Assembly (NCBI GenBank): GCA_944392635.1
Contig: CALXXH010000001.1
Coordinates: 1 to 49,410 of the forward strand
DNA length: 49,410 bases
From: an uncultured Clostridia bacterium
Lineage (GTDB): Bacteria > Bacillota > Clostridia > TANB77 > CAG-508
Direction: 5' to 3'
Made by a program: the position numbers and the translations under genes. How positions within the stretch are numbered: position 1 is the first letter of the stretch; each line of letters starts with the position of its first letter. The notes below the pieces were generated by a model. It was not told the origin of the DNA. It ran no database searches and worked only from the letters and a program-made list of their open reading frames with translations. Shown here piece after piece: positions 8,382 to 15,597 of this stretch.

Positions 8382-8625
8382 CTTTTGGTTTTTCTTTTAC
8401 TAAGAGTTTTGTCATTCCAAAATTAAATCCACATTTACTACAGTAACTATCAGTGTGTGAACACTTTTTTAAGCATTTTGGGCAATATGTGTCCAAACAT
8501 TTTTTGATAACTATTTCGTTATCTTTCTCTATTATCTCTAAGCCATCTCCTTCTTTTAAGTCATATGCTTTTCTAATTTCTGCTGGAATAACTATTCTTC
8601 CTAATTCATCTAATTTTCTAACCAT
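8371..8625 (-). CDS. AbrB/SpoVT-family DNA-binding protein with C-terminal zinc ribbon (84 aa from ATG 8625)
   Basis: MVRKLDELGRIVIPAEIRKAYDLKEGDGLEIIEKDNEIVIKK is a swapped-hairpin AbrB domain; CPKC...CSKC follows. The internal ATG has a better SD (GGAAGGAAA) than the 8667 start. Confidence 0.75.
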   Translation of the reverse strand: MVRKLDELGRIVIPAEIRKAYDLKEGDGLEIIEKDNEIVIKKCLDTYCPKCLKKCSHTDSYCSKCGFNFGMTKLLVKEKPKDGV

Positions 8626-8706
8626 ATTTCCATTTCCTTCCTTGATTTTTCTAATAAAATTTTGCATAATATTAGAGAAATCATATATTTATGTATTTAT
8701 TTTGAG

Positions 8707-8988
8707 TTATCTAATTGTTTCCGTTTTATTATTAGATAGCTCATTATTTAATATTGTTCTTATTTTATTTTTTAAATTTTCAATGCTATTATAGTCTTGT
8801 TGTTTTAATAATTTATCAATTGCTAACAATTTTTGATGATGATTATAATTTTCTAAATGCTCATATTCTATTTCATTTCTTAAATTCTTTTGACTTTGTT
8901 CTTGTCTTTCTATTTTATGTTGCAATTCTTCTATCTCATTTTCTTTTGCACTTACTATTTTGTTATGCAATCTTTTACTTATAAACAT
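8707..8988 (-). CDS. Hypothetical coiled-coil protein (93 aa)
   Basis: ORF with a GGGAGGAAAATTA SD. Confidence 0.5.
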   Translation of the reverse strand: MFISKRLHNKIVSAKENEIEELQHKIERQEQSQKNLRNEIEYEHLENYNHHQKLLAIDKLLKQQDYNSIENLKNKIRTILNNELSNNKTETIR

Positions 8989-9003
8989 TAATTTTCCTCC
9001 CTT

Positions 9004-9189
9004 CTATTTACAATTTTTACAATAATAATGTCCTTGTTTGTTATATAAAGTTGTGTTTTTACCACATTTTTCACAAACAATTCTTTTGCTCATCATTGCC
9101 ATTCTTTTTGCTTCTTTTTCTTTATGACTTTTGCTATTTGTTTTTGGTTGTTTGTTTAACACTTTTGCTACTGCACTCAAATATCCCAT
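9004..9189 (-). CDS. Small zinc-ribbon protein (61 aa)
   Basis: CEKCG...CKNCK at the C-terminus; AAGGAAAGGAGTGA SD. Confidence 0.5.
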   Translation of the reverse strand: MGYLSAVAKVLNKQPKTNSKSHKEKEAKRMAMMSKRIVCEKCGKNTTLYNKQGHYYCKNCK

Positions 9190-9208
9190 TTTTCTTTCAC
9201 TCCTTTCC

Positions 9209-9237
9209 TTGTAAAATTACTTTTAATGATATATAAT
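9209..9237 (+). promoter_or_regulatory. Sigma-A-type promoter for the plus-strand gene 9291-9557
   Basis: TTGTAA (9209-9214), 17-nt spacer, TATAAT (9232-9237). Confidence 0.55.
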
Positions 9238-9290
9238 TACCTCACACTTAAGAGAAAAATATTTTGATTTTAGAAAGTGAGGTGTTTTAT

Positions 9291-9557
9291 ATGCAACCAG
9301 ATTTTCAAAAGTTTCTAGATGACTGTATCCATAAATATAACGATGAATATTTTCCATATCTTTGTGATGAGCAAGAAAAAGGTCAACATTCTCTAGAAGA
9401 AAAATCAATACATGATGATGGATATACTCTACTTGGAAAAATTATCGGCTATAATGTAGGTCATGGAATAAAAAGTAGTAATTACATATCTCTGAAACAT
9501 CTAGAACAGTATCACAACTGGCTACTTGAAAATTACGATATAAAACCTAAGAATTAG
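9291..9557 (+). CDS. Hypothetical protein (88 aa), lone opposite-strand gene in the early region (moron-like)
   Basis: ATG 9291 lies 8 nt after GTGAGGTG. Own promoter. 3' end overlaps a convergent small ORF by 11 nt. Confidence 0.55.
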   Translation: MQPDFQKFLDDCIHKYNDEYFPYLCDEQEKGQHSLEEKSIHDDGYTLLGKIIGYNVGHGIKSSNYISLKHLEQYHNWLLENYDIKPKN

Positions 9558-9705
9558 TAGCACCTGCTTCCTTTAAAGCTTTAGTAATTGATGGTACAAT
9601 TTGTTCCCCAACTTTTGTGCCATCTATTTTTATGTCTTGTTTTTCTATTAAATTAAATTTCTTAAAAAATAATTCTAATTCTTGTACACTTCCTTCTATT
9701 TTCAT
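9547..9705 (-). CDS. Small ORF (52 aa), below the ORF-track cutoff
   Basis: ATG 9705 behind GGAGGGAATT. MKIEGSVQELELFFKKFNLIEKQDIKIDGTKVGEQIVPSITKALKEAGATNS. Confidence 0.45.
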   Translation of the reverse strand: MKIEGSVQELELFFKKFNLIEKQDIKIDGTKVGEQIVPSITKALKEAGATNS

Positions 9706-9714
9706 AATTCCCTC

Positions 9715-9840
9715 CTAATAAATCGTATTGTTTGTAAATCCTAGTATAATTAAGCATGTCCACATTAAGTTTGCACTTAAGAATACTACTATTTTTCCTA
9801 TAAATGCATATATTTTGTTCTTATCTAGTTTTCTTTTCAT
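9715..9840 (-). CDS. Small membrane peptide (41 aa), below the ORF-track cutoff
   Basis: ATG 9840 behind GGAGGTGAAACAA. MKRKLDKNKIYAFIGKIVVFLSANLMWTCLIILGFTNNTIY. Stop overlaps the next SD. Confidence 0.45.
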   Translation of the reverse strand: MKRKLDKNKIYAFIGKIVVFLSANLMWTCLIILGFTNNTIY

Positions 9841-9852
9841 TTGTTTCACCTC

Positions 9853-10056
9853 CTAAAATATTTGTTGCATTATTTCAAATGCTTTATCTAAATTTACTTT
9901 TTTACTTCTTGTGCCTGTTTTTGTAACTGCTTCTTTCATTTCTGGCATAGCTAGTATTTTATAAGCTTGTGACCTACTTAAACTATATTGCTCTTGAAAC
10001 TCTTTAACAGTTATGTATTTTGCTCTTGCTTTTTCTTGTAATCTAGTCATTGGCAT
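9853..10056 (-). CDS. Excisionase-like / MerR-type HTH protein (67 aa from ATG 10056)
   Basis: ITVKEFQEQYSLSRSQAYKIL HTH; AAGGAGGCGACAAAAA SD precedes ATG 10056. The ORF-track start at 10086 lacks an SD. Confidence 0.6.
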   Translation of the reverse strand: MPMTRLQEKARAKYITVKEFQEQYSLSRSQAYKILAMPEMKEAVTKTGTRSKKVNLDKAFEIMQQIF

Positions 10057-10285
10057 TTTTTGTCGCCTCCTTTGCTTTTGTTTCACAGTTAGTGAATGTA
10101 AAAGGTATAAAAATATCTTTTGTGTTACAACCTAAAACTTTTGCTATTCCTTCTGCTTTATCTTTTGGTATTTTTCTTTGATTATTTTCATACATATTGT
10201 AACAACCAACTGAAACATTAATTTCATTCGCCATAAACTGTTGAGTATAACCTTTTTCTTGCCTTCTTTTTTCTATTTCTGTCAT
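10043..10285 (-). CDS. XRE-family HTH regulator, Cro-like position
   Basis: GYTQQFMANEINVSVGCYNMYENNQRKIP HTH_3 pattern. First gene of the leftward operon, divergent from the repressor. Confidence 0.8.
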   Translation of the reverse strand: MTEIEKRRQEKGYTQQFMANEINVSVGCYNMYENNQRKIPKDKAEGIAKVLGCNTKDIFIPFTFTNCETKAKEATKNAND

Positions 10286-10302
10286 TTTTTCGCCTCCTTA
10301 CT

Positions 10303-10428
10303 TTTCACTTTTTGTGAAATTTGATATTATATTATAACAAGTTGTGAAATATGTCAATAGTTTTTTAACAAATAGTGAAAATATTTTACATTAAGTGAAA
10401 TAAATGTTATAATATCAATAGATTTCAC
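10303..10428. promoter_or_regulatory. Divergent promoter/operator region of the lysogeny switch
   Basis: GTGAAA half-sites at 10314, 10344, 10375 and 10395; inverted (TTTCAC) at 10303 and 10423. Includes palindrome TTTCAC-N5-GTGAAA (10303-10319). Rightward TTTACA(10385)-17-TATAAT(10408). Leftward TTGACA (rc of 10352-10357) with TATAAT (rc of 10331-10336). Confidence 0.6.
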
Positions 10429-10458
10429 ATATTGTAAAATTAATGAAAGAAGGTTTTT

Positions 10459-10824
10459 ATGGATAATATTTTAGGAAAAAGAATTGAGTTTGAAAGAATT
10501 AGACTTAAATTAAATCAAATAGAATTAGCTAAAAGATTAAATCTATCATCTAGTGCTTCTATCTCTCAATATGAAAGTGGAGATAGGATACCAAGTGATG
10601 ATATAAAACTTAAAATGTGCGAAATTTTTAATTGCTCATTAGATTACTTGATGGGTAAAACAGACATACGAAATCCTGGTCAACAGATAGACGATGTTTT
10701 AAATGAAGCTATGATAGGCATGTCAAAAGCAGAATATGACAAATTAACTGAAACTCAAAAGAAGCAAATTAGAGATTTTGCTATATTTGTTAAGAATCAA
10801 AATGAAGAAAAAAAGAAAAAATAG
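10459..10824 (+). CDS. XRE-family repressor (CI-like)
   Basis: N-terminal HTH_3 (LNQIELAKRLNLSSSASISQYESGDRIPS); position upstream of the ImmA-like gene and int. Confidence 0.85.
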   Translation: MDNILGKRIEFERIRLKLNQIELAKRLNLSSSASISQYESGDRIPSDDIKLKMCEIFNCSLDYLMGKTDIRNPGQQIDDVLNEAMIGMSKAEYDKLTETQKKQIRDFAIFVKNQNEEKKKK

Positions 10825-10835
10825 GAGGTATTTTT

Positions 10836-11000
10836 ATGTTTGGAAAAAATAATGAAAAAAAACAAAAAATTCAAGAGTTATCACAAAAACTTGAAGATTT
10901 AAAATTAAAATCACAAAATCCTAATTTATCACAAGAGGAATTTGAAAAATATCAAAATGAACTTGCACAAATAAATCAAGAAATAGATGAATTGCTTTAA
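10836..11000 (+). CDS. Small coiled-coil ORF (54 aa), below the ORF-track cutoff
   Basis: ATG 10836 lies 5 nt after TAGGAGGTA. MFGKNNEKKQKIQELSQKLEDLKLKSQNPNLSQEEFEKYQNELAQINQEIDELL. Confidence 0.45.
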   Translation: MFGKNNEKKQKIQELSQKLEDLKLKSQNPNLSQEEFEKYQNELAQINQEIDELL

Positions 11001-11017
11001 TTTTTGTGGAGGTACAA

Positions 11018-11438
11018 ATGAATTTAGAAAATTTATATGATATTGCTGAAAAAGAAGATATAAAAATCTATGACTGGCAAATAGAGGATGTTGATGGAAT
11101 GTATCTAAATTATCATAACATTAATGCTATTGCTTTAAATTATGATAGATTAGGTACATATGTAGATGAAAAATGTACATTAGCTGAAGAATTAGGTCAT
11201 TATTATATGGATGCTACATATCCTGCTTCTAGCACAGATAAAATATTAATTGATAAACAAGAATATCGTGCTAAGAAATGGAGTTATTATGTACTAATTC
11301 CTTTTGAAAATCTAAAATCAGCAATTTTAAAACGGGATAGATAATCTTTATAGTCTTGCTGATTATTTTGAAGTTACGGTTGAATATATGCGAAATTGTA
11401 TAGAATTTTATAAAAGAAAATATGGAGAGGTGTTTTAA
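11018..11438 (+). pseudogene. ImmA/IrrE (M78)-like metallopeptidase gene, reading frame broken at an A-run and zinc motif altered
   Basis: ATG 11018 after GGAGG. The frame stops at 11342-11344 (…SAILKRDR*). The +1 frame from 11331 encodes NGIDNLYSLADYFEVTVEYMRNCIEFYKRKYGEVF, a typical ImmA C-terminus, ending in TAATG overlapping the int start. Motif reads AEELGH instead of HExxH. Confidence 0.6.
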
Positions 11439-12577
11439 TGTTTACTTATACTACTAGAAAAGATGGCAGACTAATGAAAAAAGTTACTATAAACGGTAAA
11501 GTAAAATATCTATATTCAAATAATAAAGAAGACTTAGAAAAACAATATATAGAAGCAAAACACATGTCTTATAATGGACTTAACATAGATGACAGCAAAA
11601 TAACATTAAAGCAATGGGCTGAAAAATGGTATGATGTAAATATATCTCAAAAAGAATACAACACAAGAAGAAGTATAAGAAATTTGTTAGATAACCACAT
11701 TTATCCTGAACTAGGACATATTAAACTAAAAAATCTAAAAGTTATTAATATAAAAGAATTGCAAAAAAATATGTTAGAACAAGGGCTGACCTCTACTTGC
11801 AATAGAACAATAACAACTATCAAAAGAATTTTAAATGATGCCGTAGAAAATGATATAATTCAAAAAAATGTTGCCTTTAATATTAAATCTATTAAATACA
11901 CAAAAATAGAAAAAAGACCTCTTACTTCTTATGAAGATGAACTTTTATTAAAAGTAGCTTCAAACCATAAATATGGAATATTCTTCTTAATTTTAAGATA
12001 TTGTGGTCTAAGAACAGAAGAAATTATACCTCTAACAATAAATGATATTGATTTAGAAAATAAAAGAATATTGGTGAATAAAGCTACATATTTTGAAAAA
12101 AACAATCCTAGTATAAAAACTACTAAAAATAAAAAATCAAGAAAAGTTCCAATTTTAGATATAATATATAAACAATTAGAAAGACATATTGAAATATGTA
12201 AAGAAAACAATCAAGAATTACTTTTTACAAAACAAAGTGATAACAAAATGTTAACATCTTCAAGCATTCGATGGATGTTAAAATCTTTTCTAATCGCTAT
12301 TAACAAACAATATGAAAAAGAGCAAAAAGAAAAAGACAATAAATTTAAACTAACGAATGACACCAAAATATATTTCACTAATCATGAACTTAGACATTCT
12401 TATTGCACAATGCTATATTATGCGGGAATAAAAATTAAAAAAGCTCAAGAGTTAATGGGGCATTCATCTGCAGATATGGTCTATAATGTATATACTCATT
12501 TAGATGAAGAAAGAGAAAATGTTGATGAAACTTTAAATAATTATTGCAATAAAGTTGTCAAAAAAGTTGTCAATTAA
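11438..12577 (+). CDS. int: Tyrosine recombinase / phage integrase
   Basis: C-terminal catalytic pattern LRTEE..., HELRHSYCTMLYYAG, GHSSADMVYNVYTHL (R..HxxR..Y). N-terminal SAM-like domain; adjacent to the tRNA fragment. Confidence 0.9.
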   Translation: MFTYTTRKDGRLMKKVTINGKVKYLYSNNKEDLEKQYIEAKHMSYNGLNIDDSKITLKQWAEKWYDVNISQKEYNTRRSIRNLLDNHIYPELGHIKLKNLKVINIKELQKNMLEQGLTSTCNRTITTIKRILNDAVENDIIQKNVAFNIKSIKYTKIEKRPLTSYEDELLLKVASNHKYGIFFLILRYCGLRTEEIIPLTINDIDLENKRILVNKATYFEKNNPSIKTTKNKKSRKVPILDIIYKQLERHIEICKENNQELLFTKQSDNKMLTSSSIRWMLKSFLIAINKQYEKEQKEKDNKFKLTNDTKIYFTNHELRHSYCTMLYYAGIKIKKAQELMGHSSADMVYNVYTHLDEERENVDETLNNYCNKVVKKVVN

Positions 12578-12630
12578 TTTTAACATCTTCTATAGTTAGC
12601 CTGTAGCAATAGCTATAGGTTTTTATGTTT

Positions 12631-12674
12631 TTTGCTTAGGAGGCAACTGCTCTATCCTGCTGAGCTATAGGCAC
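12631..12674 (-). tRNA. tRNA-Arg(CCU) 5' portion only (truncated after the anticodon arm)
   Basis: Minus strand reads GTGCCTA TA GCTC AGCAGGATA GAGC A GTTGC CTCCTAA GCAA(A). No variable loop, T-arm or 3' acceptor follows. TTGATT-17-TATAAT lies just upstream (rc of 12693-12721). Confidence 0.6.
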
Positions 12675-12824
12675 ATTAAAATCTTCTAGGATATTATAAT
12701 ATATTTATATTTAAAAATCAACTAAATAAATATTATTTTATGCACCTAACTTTTCGCAAGATGAGTTAGTGCAAATACAAAAAAACTCTTGACATCTTCT
12801 GGTATAATAAAAATGGTGATTAAG

Positions 12825-13538
12825 ATGCAAAGAATATTAAGTTATATGAGAAAAGCTATAGAAGAATATAAAATGATAGAAGAAGGAGATAAAATAGCAG
12901 TTTGTCTATCTGGTGGAAAAGATTCAATAACAATGCTTTCTGCCTTTAAAGCCTTACAAAGATTTTATCCCCAAAAATTTGAAATTGTAGCAATAAGTAT
13001 AAATCCAGGATTTGAATTTTTTGATACAAAATTATTAGAAAATATTTGTAACAACTTAGATGTTCCATTATTTATTGGAGAAAGTAATGCAAAAGAAATC
13101 GTATTTGATATAAGAAAAGAAAAAAATCCATGCTCATTATGTGCTAATCTTAGGAGAGGAATAATAAATTCAATTGCTATAGAGCAAAATTGCAATAAAA
13201 TCGCTTTAGGTCATAATCAAGATGATGTTTTAGAAACATTTTTATTAAATTTATTCTATACTGGAAGTATTGGAACATTTTCTCCAGTAAGTTATATGGA
13301 TCGTTCTAAGATAACCTTAATTAGACCTTTAGTATATACTCCTGAAAAAGCTATTAGAAGTTTCGTTAGAAAAAATAATATTGAAGTTATGAAAAAAGTA
13401 TGTCCTATGGATGGAACTTCAAAAAGAGAAGATATGAAAAAATTAATTGTTAATTTAACAAAAGAAATCCCAATGTTAAGAGCCAATTTATTTGGTACAA
13501 TTCAAAGAAATATACCAGATTGGAAAGTTGAAAAATAA
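12825..13538 (+). CDS. ttcA: PP-loop ATPase, TtcA-like tRNA 2-thiocytidine synthetase family
   Basis: SGGKDS PP-loop; CSLCANLRRG and KVCP cysteine motifs. ATG 12825 after GGTGA. Extended -10 TGGTATAAT at 12800-12808. Confidence 0.8.
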   Translation: MQRILSYMRKAIEEYKMIEEGDKIAVCLSGGKDSITMLSAFKALQRFYPQKFEIVAISINPGFEFFDTKLLENICNNLDVPLFIGESNAKEIVFDIRKEKNPCSLCANLRRGIINSIAIEQNCNKIALGHNQDDVLETFLLNLFYTGSIGTFSPVSYMDRSKITLIRPLVYTPEKAIRSFVRKNNIEVMKKVCPMDGTSKREDMKKLIVNLTKEIPMLRANLFGTIQRNIPDWKVEK

Positions 13539-13545
13539 AAATTAA

Positions 13546-13594
13546 AAAGACCTTTCAAAAGCATTAAAATACTGATTCTAAAAGGTCTTTTTTA
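13546..13594. terminator. Bidirectional terminator candidate between convergent genes
   Basis: AAAGACCTTT (13546-13555) pairs with AAAGGTCTTT (13581-13590), flanked by an A-run and a T-run. The loop is large (25 nt). Confidence 0.45.
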
Positions 13595-15322
13595 TTATCC
13601 ATTTACTAATTTTAACATAGCATCCTTTAATTCTTCTAATTTAATATTAGCATCAGCTTCTGTTTTAGCCTTAATTCCCATATATAGCTTTATTTTTGGT
13701 TCAGTTCCAGAAGGTCTAATACAACACCAATTATCATCTTCTAATGCATAATATAAAACATTAGATTTAGGTAATCCTGTTTTTGAAATATCTCCTGTTT
13801 TCATATCTTTTACTATATCTCTTTCTACATCTTTAAATGTCAATACATCATAATTTCCAATTTTATCTATATCTGTTTCTCTCATTTTAGTCATCATATC
13901 TTTAATCTCTTGTGCACCTTGTACTCCCTCTCTTACTATTGAAACTTGTGCCTCTTTATAATATTCATATTTCTCGTAAATATCAATCATTGCATCCCAT
14001 AAAGTCTTACCTTTTGAAGCATAGTAACAAGCAGCCTCACATAAAGCCATTACTGCTGCAATTCCATCTTTATCTCTTGCATAATCTCCAATTAAACAAC
14101 CATAACTTTCTTCAAAACCAAATACATAAGTTTTATCTTTGTTTTCTTCTGCCTTTCTCATAATTGCACCAATATTTTTAAATCCTGTTAAGACTTCTAT
14201 ACATTCCAAGTCATAATATTTTGCTATAGCCTTTGCAAGTTCTGAAGAAACAATTGTTGTAATAAACATTCCATTAGAAGGTAATATTCCTTTTTCCTTC
14301 ATTTGAGAAATTCTATACTCTGCAATTAACAAAGCTGACATATTTCCTGTATAATTCATATATTCACCTGTTTTAACATCTTTTGCATAAATTCCTAATC
14401 TATCTGCATCTGGATCTGTTGCTAAAACAACATCAGCATCAACTTTTTTTGCTAATTCTAAAGCTAGTTTAAATGCCTTTGGATCTTCCGGATTTGGATA
14501 ATCAACAGTTGGAAAATTACCATCAGGTTCTTTTTGTTCAGGAACTACATACACATTTTCCATTCCTAATTCTTTTAATAACTTTTCAGCAATAGTATTA
14601 CCTGTTCCATGTAATGGAGTATACACTACTTTTAATTTTTTACCTTGTTCTTTCATAATTTCTGGATTTAAAACACATGCCTTCAAAACACCCATATATT
14701 TTTCATCCATTTCATTTCCAACAAAATTTAATAACTTCTTATCAACTGCTTCTTCTTTAGAAATCTCTTTTATTTCACTAAAATTTTTAACCTCTCTAAC
14801 CTTTGATATAATTTCAGTATCTCTTGGACTAACTATTTGTGCACCATCATCCCAATACACTTTATATCCGTTATATTTTGGTGGATTATGACTTGCCGTA
14901 ATCATAACTCCAGCTGTACATTTTAATTCTCTTACTGCAAAAGAAAGTTCTGGAACTGGTCTTAAATTTTCAAACAAATATGCTTTTATTCCATTTGCAC
15001 AAAAAATTAATGCTGTTTGCATAGCAAATTCTTTTGACATTCTTCTAGAATCATAACTAATTGCAACTCCTTTATCTTGAGTTCCTTGCTCTAGGATATA
15101 ATTTGCCAAACCTTGAGTTGCTTTTCCTACTGTATATTTATTCATCCTATTTGTACCAGCACCAATTATTCCTCTTAATCCAGCTGTTCCAAATTCAAGT
15201 TCTTTATAAAATCTATCTTCAATTTCCTCTTGATTATCTTTAATTTCTAATAGTTCTTTTTTAGTTTCTTCATCAAATTCTGGACTCTCACACCATCTTT
15301 TATATTCTTCTAAATAACTCAT
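13595..15322 (-). CDS. pgcA: Phosphoglucomutase / alpha-D-phosphohexomutase
   Basis: Active-site TASHNPPKYNGYK, metal site DPDADR, sugar-binding GFEESYG; 575 aa. Confidence 0.9.
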   Translation of the reverse strand: MSYLEEYKRWCESPEFDEETKKELLEIKDNQEEIEDRFYKELEFGTAGLRGIIGAGTNRMNKYTVGKATQGLANYILEQGTQDKGVAISYDSRRMSKEFAMQTALIFCANGIKAYLFENLRPVPELSFAVRELKCTAGVMITASHNPPKYNGYKVYWDDGAQIVSPRDTEIISKVREVKNFSEIKEISKEEAVDKKLLNFVGNEMDEKYMGVLKACVLNPEIMKEQGKKLKVVYTPLHGTGNTIAEKLLKELGMENVYVVPEQKEPDGNFPTVDYPNPEDPKAFKLALELAKKVDADVVLATDPDADRLGIYAKDVKTGEYMNYTGNMSALLIAEYRISQMKEKGILPSNGMFITTIVSSELAKAIAKYYDLECIEVLTGFKNIGAIMRKAEENKDKTYVFGFEESYGCLIGDYARDKDGIAAVMALCEAACYYASKGKTLWDAMIDIYEKYEYYKEAQVSIVREGVQGAQEIKDMMTKMRETDIDKIGNYDVLTFKDVERDIVKDMKTGDISKTGLPKSNVLYYALEDDNWCCIRPSGTEPKIKLYMGIKAKTEADANIKLEELKDAMLKLVNG

Positions 15323-15492
15323 ACTTCCTCCTTAATTAAATAATTATAATTTATTTTTAACATTCATATATTATCATAACTTTAAATAAAAAAAAAGTAA
15401 AAAAGAAATATTTTACAAAATTATTGAAACATCATATTTCCATTACGAATTTTTTCCGTTTACGTCAATTTTTCGTAATAAATTTCATGCTT

Positions 15493-15578
15493 TTCTAAAA
15501 ATGTGTAAAATATACCGAAAAACATTTCTAAAAATGTGGTAAATCAGTATTGAAAATGTTCTAAAAATGTGATAAACT
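15493..15578 (+). promoter_or_regulatory. Three phased direct repeats overlapping the promoter of the ATPase gene
   Basis: TTCTAAAAATGTG at 15493, 15526 and 15559 (33-bp period). Promoter TTGAAA (15550-15555), 17 nt, TGaTAAACT (15570-15578). The third repeat fills the spacer. Confidence 0.6.
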
Positions 15579-15597
15579 ATTATTAGGAGGTACGTAT

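Larger units (their letters stand above)
1..12630. mobile_element. Prophage-like integrative element, right-hand ~12.6 kb (left end off-window)
   Basis: Contiguous phage-type genes: integrase, ImmA-like, XRE repressor/Cro-like switch, excisionase-like HTH, DnaD-like initiator, DnaB, sigma factor and many small coiled-coil ORFs. It ends next to a truncated tRNA-Arg fragment. No structural or lysis genes lie in the window, so prophage versus satellite/island cannot be decided. Confidence 0.75.

Noticed and set aside
7926-8625. AbrB/MazE-fold gene plus the overlapping downstream 151-aa gene as a type II toxin-antitoxin pair
   Set aside because: The downstream protein shows a Cys-rich HNH-like pattern rather than MazF/PIN/other toxin signatures. 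Both genes sit inside a longer co-directional phage operon. There is insufficient evidence for a TA call.
1103-9236. Numerous plus-strand ORFs in the ORF track across the element (e.g. 1103-1369, 1311-1562, 1727-1930, 1743-1979, 1972-2244, 2808-3050, 3817-4107, 4716-5039, 4997-5347, 5103-5453, 5769-5957, 5973-6170, 6424-6687, 6597-6854, 6861-7166, 7922-8104, 8453-8794, 8754-8984, 9051-9236)
   Set aside because: All lie antisense to well-supported minus-strand genes and lack SD sequences. They translate to Leu/Phe/Ile/Ser-rich strings, as expected from reading A-rich codons backwards. They are shadow ORFs.
9223-9408. 61-aa minus-strand ORF overlapping the start of the plus-strand gene 9291-9557
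   Set aside because: It has no SD and overlaps the promoter, SD and N-terminus of the better-supported plus-strand gene.
11326-11332. Programmed -1 ribosomal frameshift at T TTA AAA in the ImmA-like gene
   Set aside because: The heptamer looks slippery, but a -1 slip enters the frame ACG GGA TAG, which stops at once. The ImmA-like C-terminus lies in the +1 frame, which has a TAA at 11328-11330 just before it. A one-base homopolymer loss or a read error is the simpler explanation.
12577-12690. Complete tRNA gene next to the integrase
   Set aside because: Only the 5' acceptor arm, D-arm and anticodon arm are present. No T-arm (GGTTCGAAT-like) or 3' acceptor sequence follows, and no GTTCGAA motif occurs anywhere in the window. 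It is reported as a fragment only.
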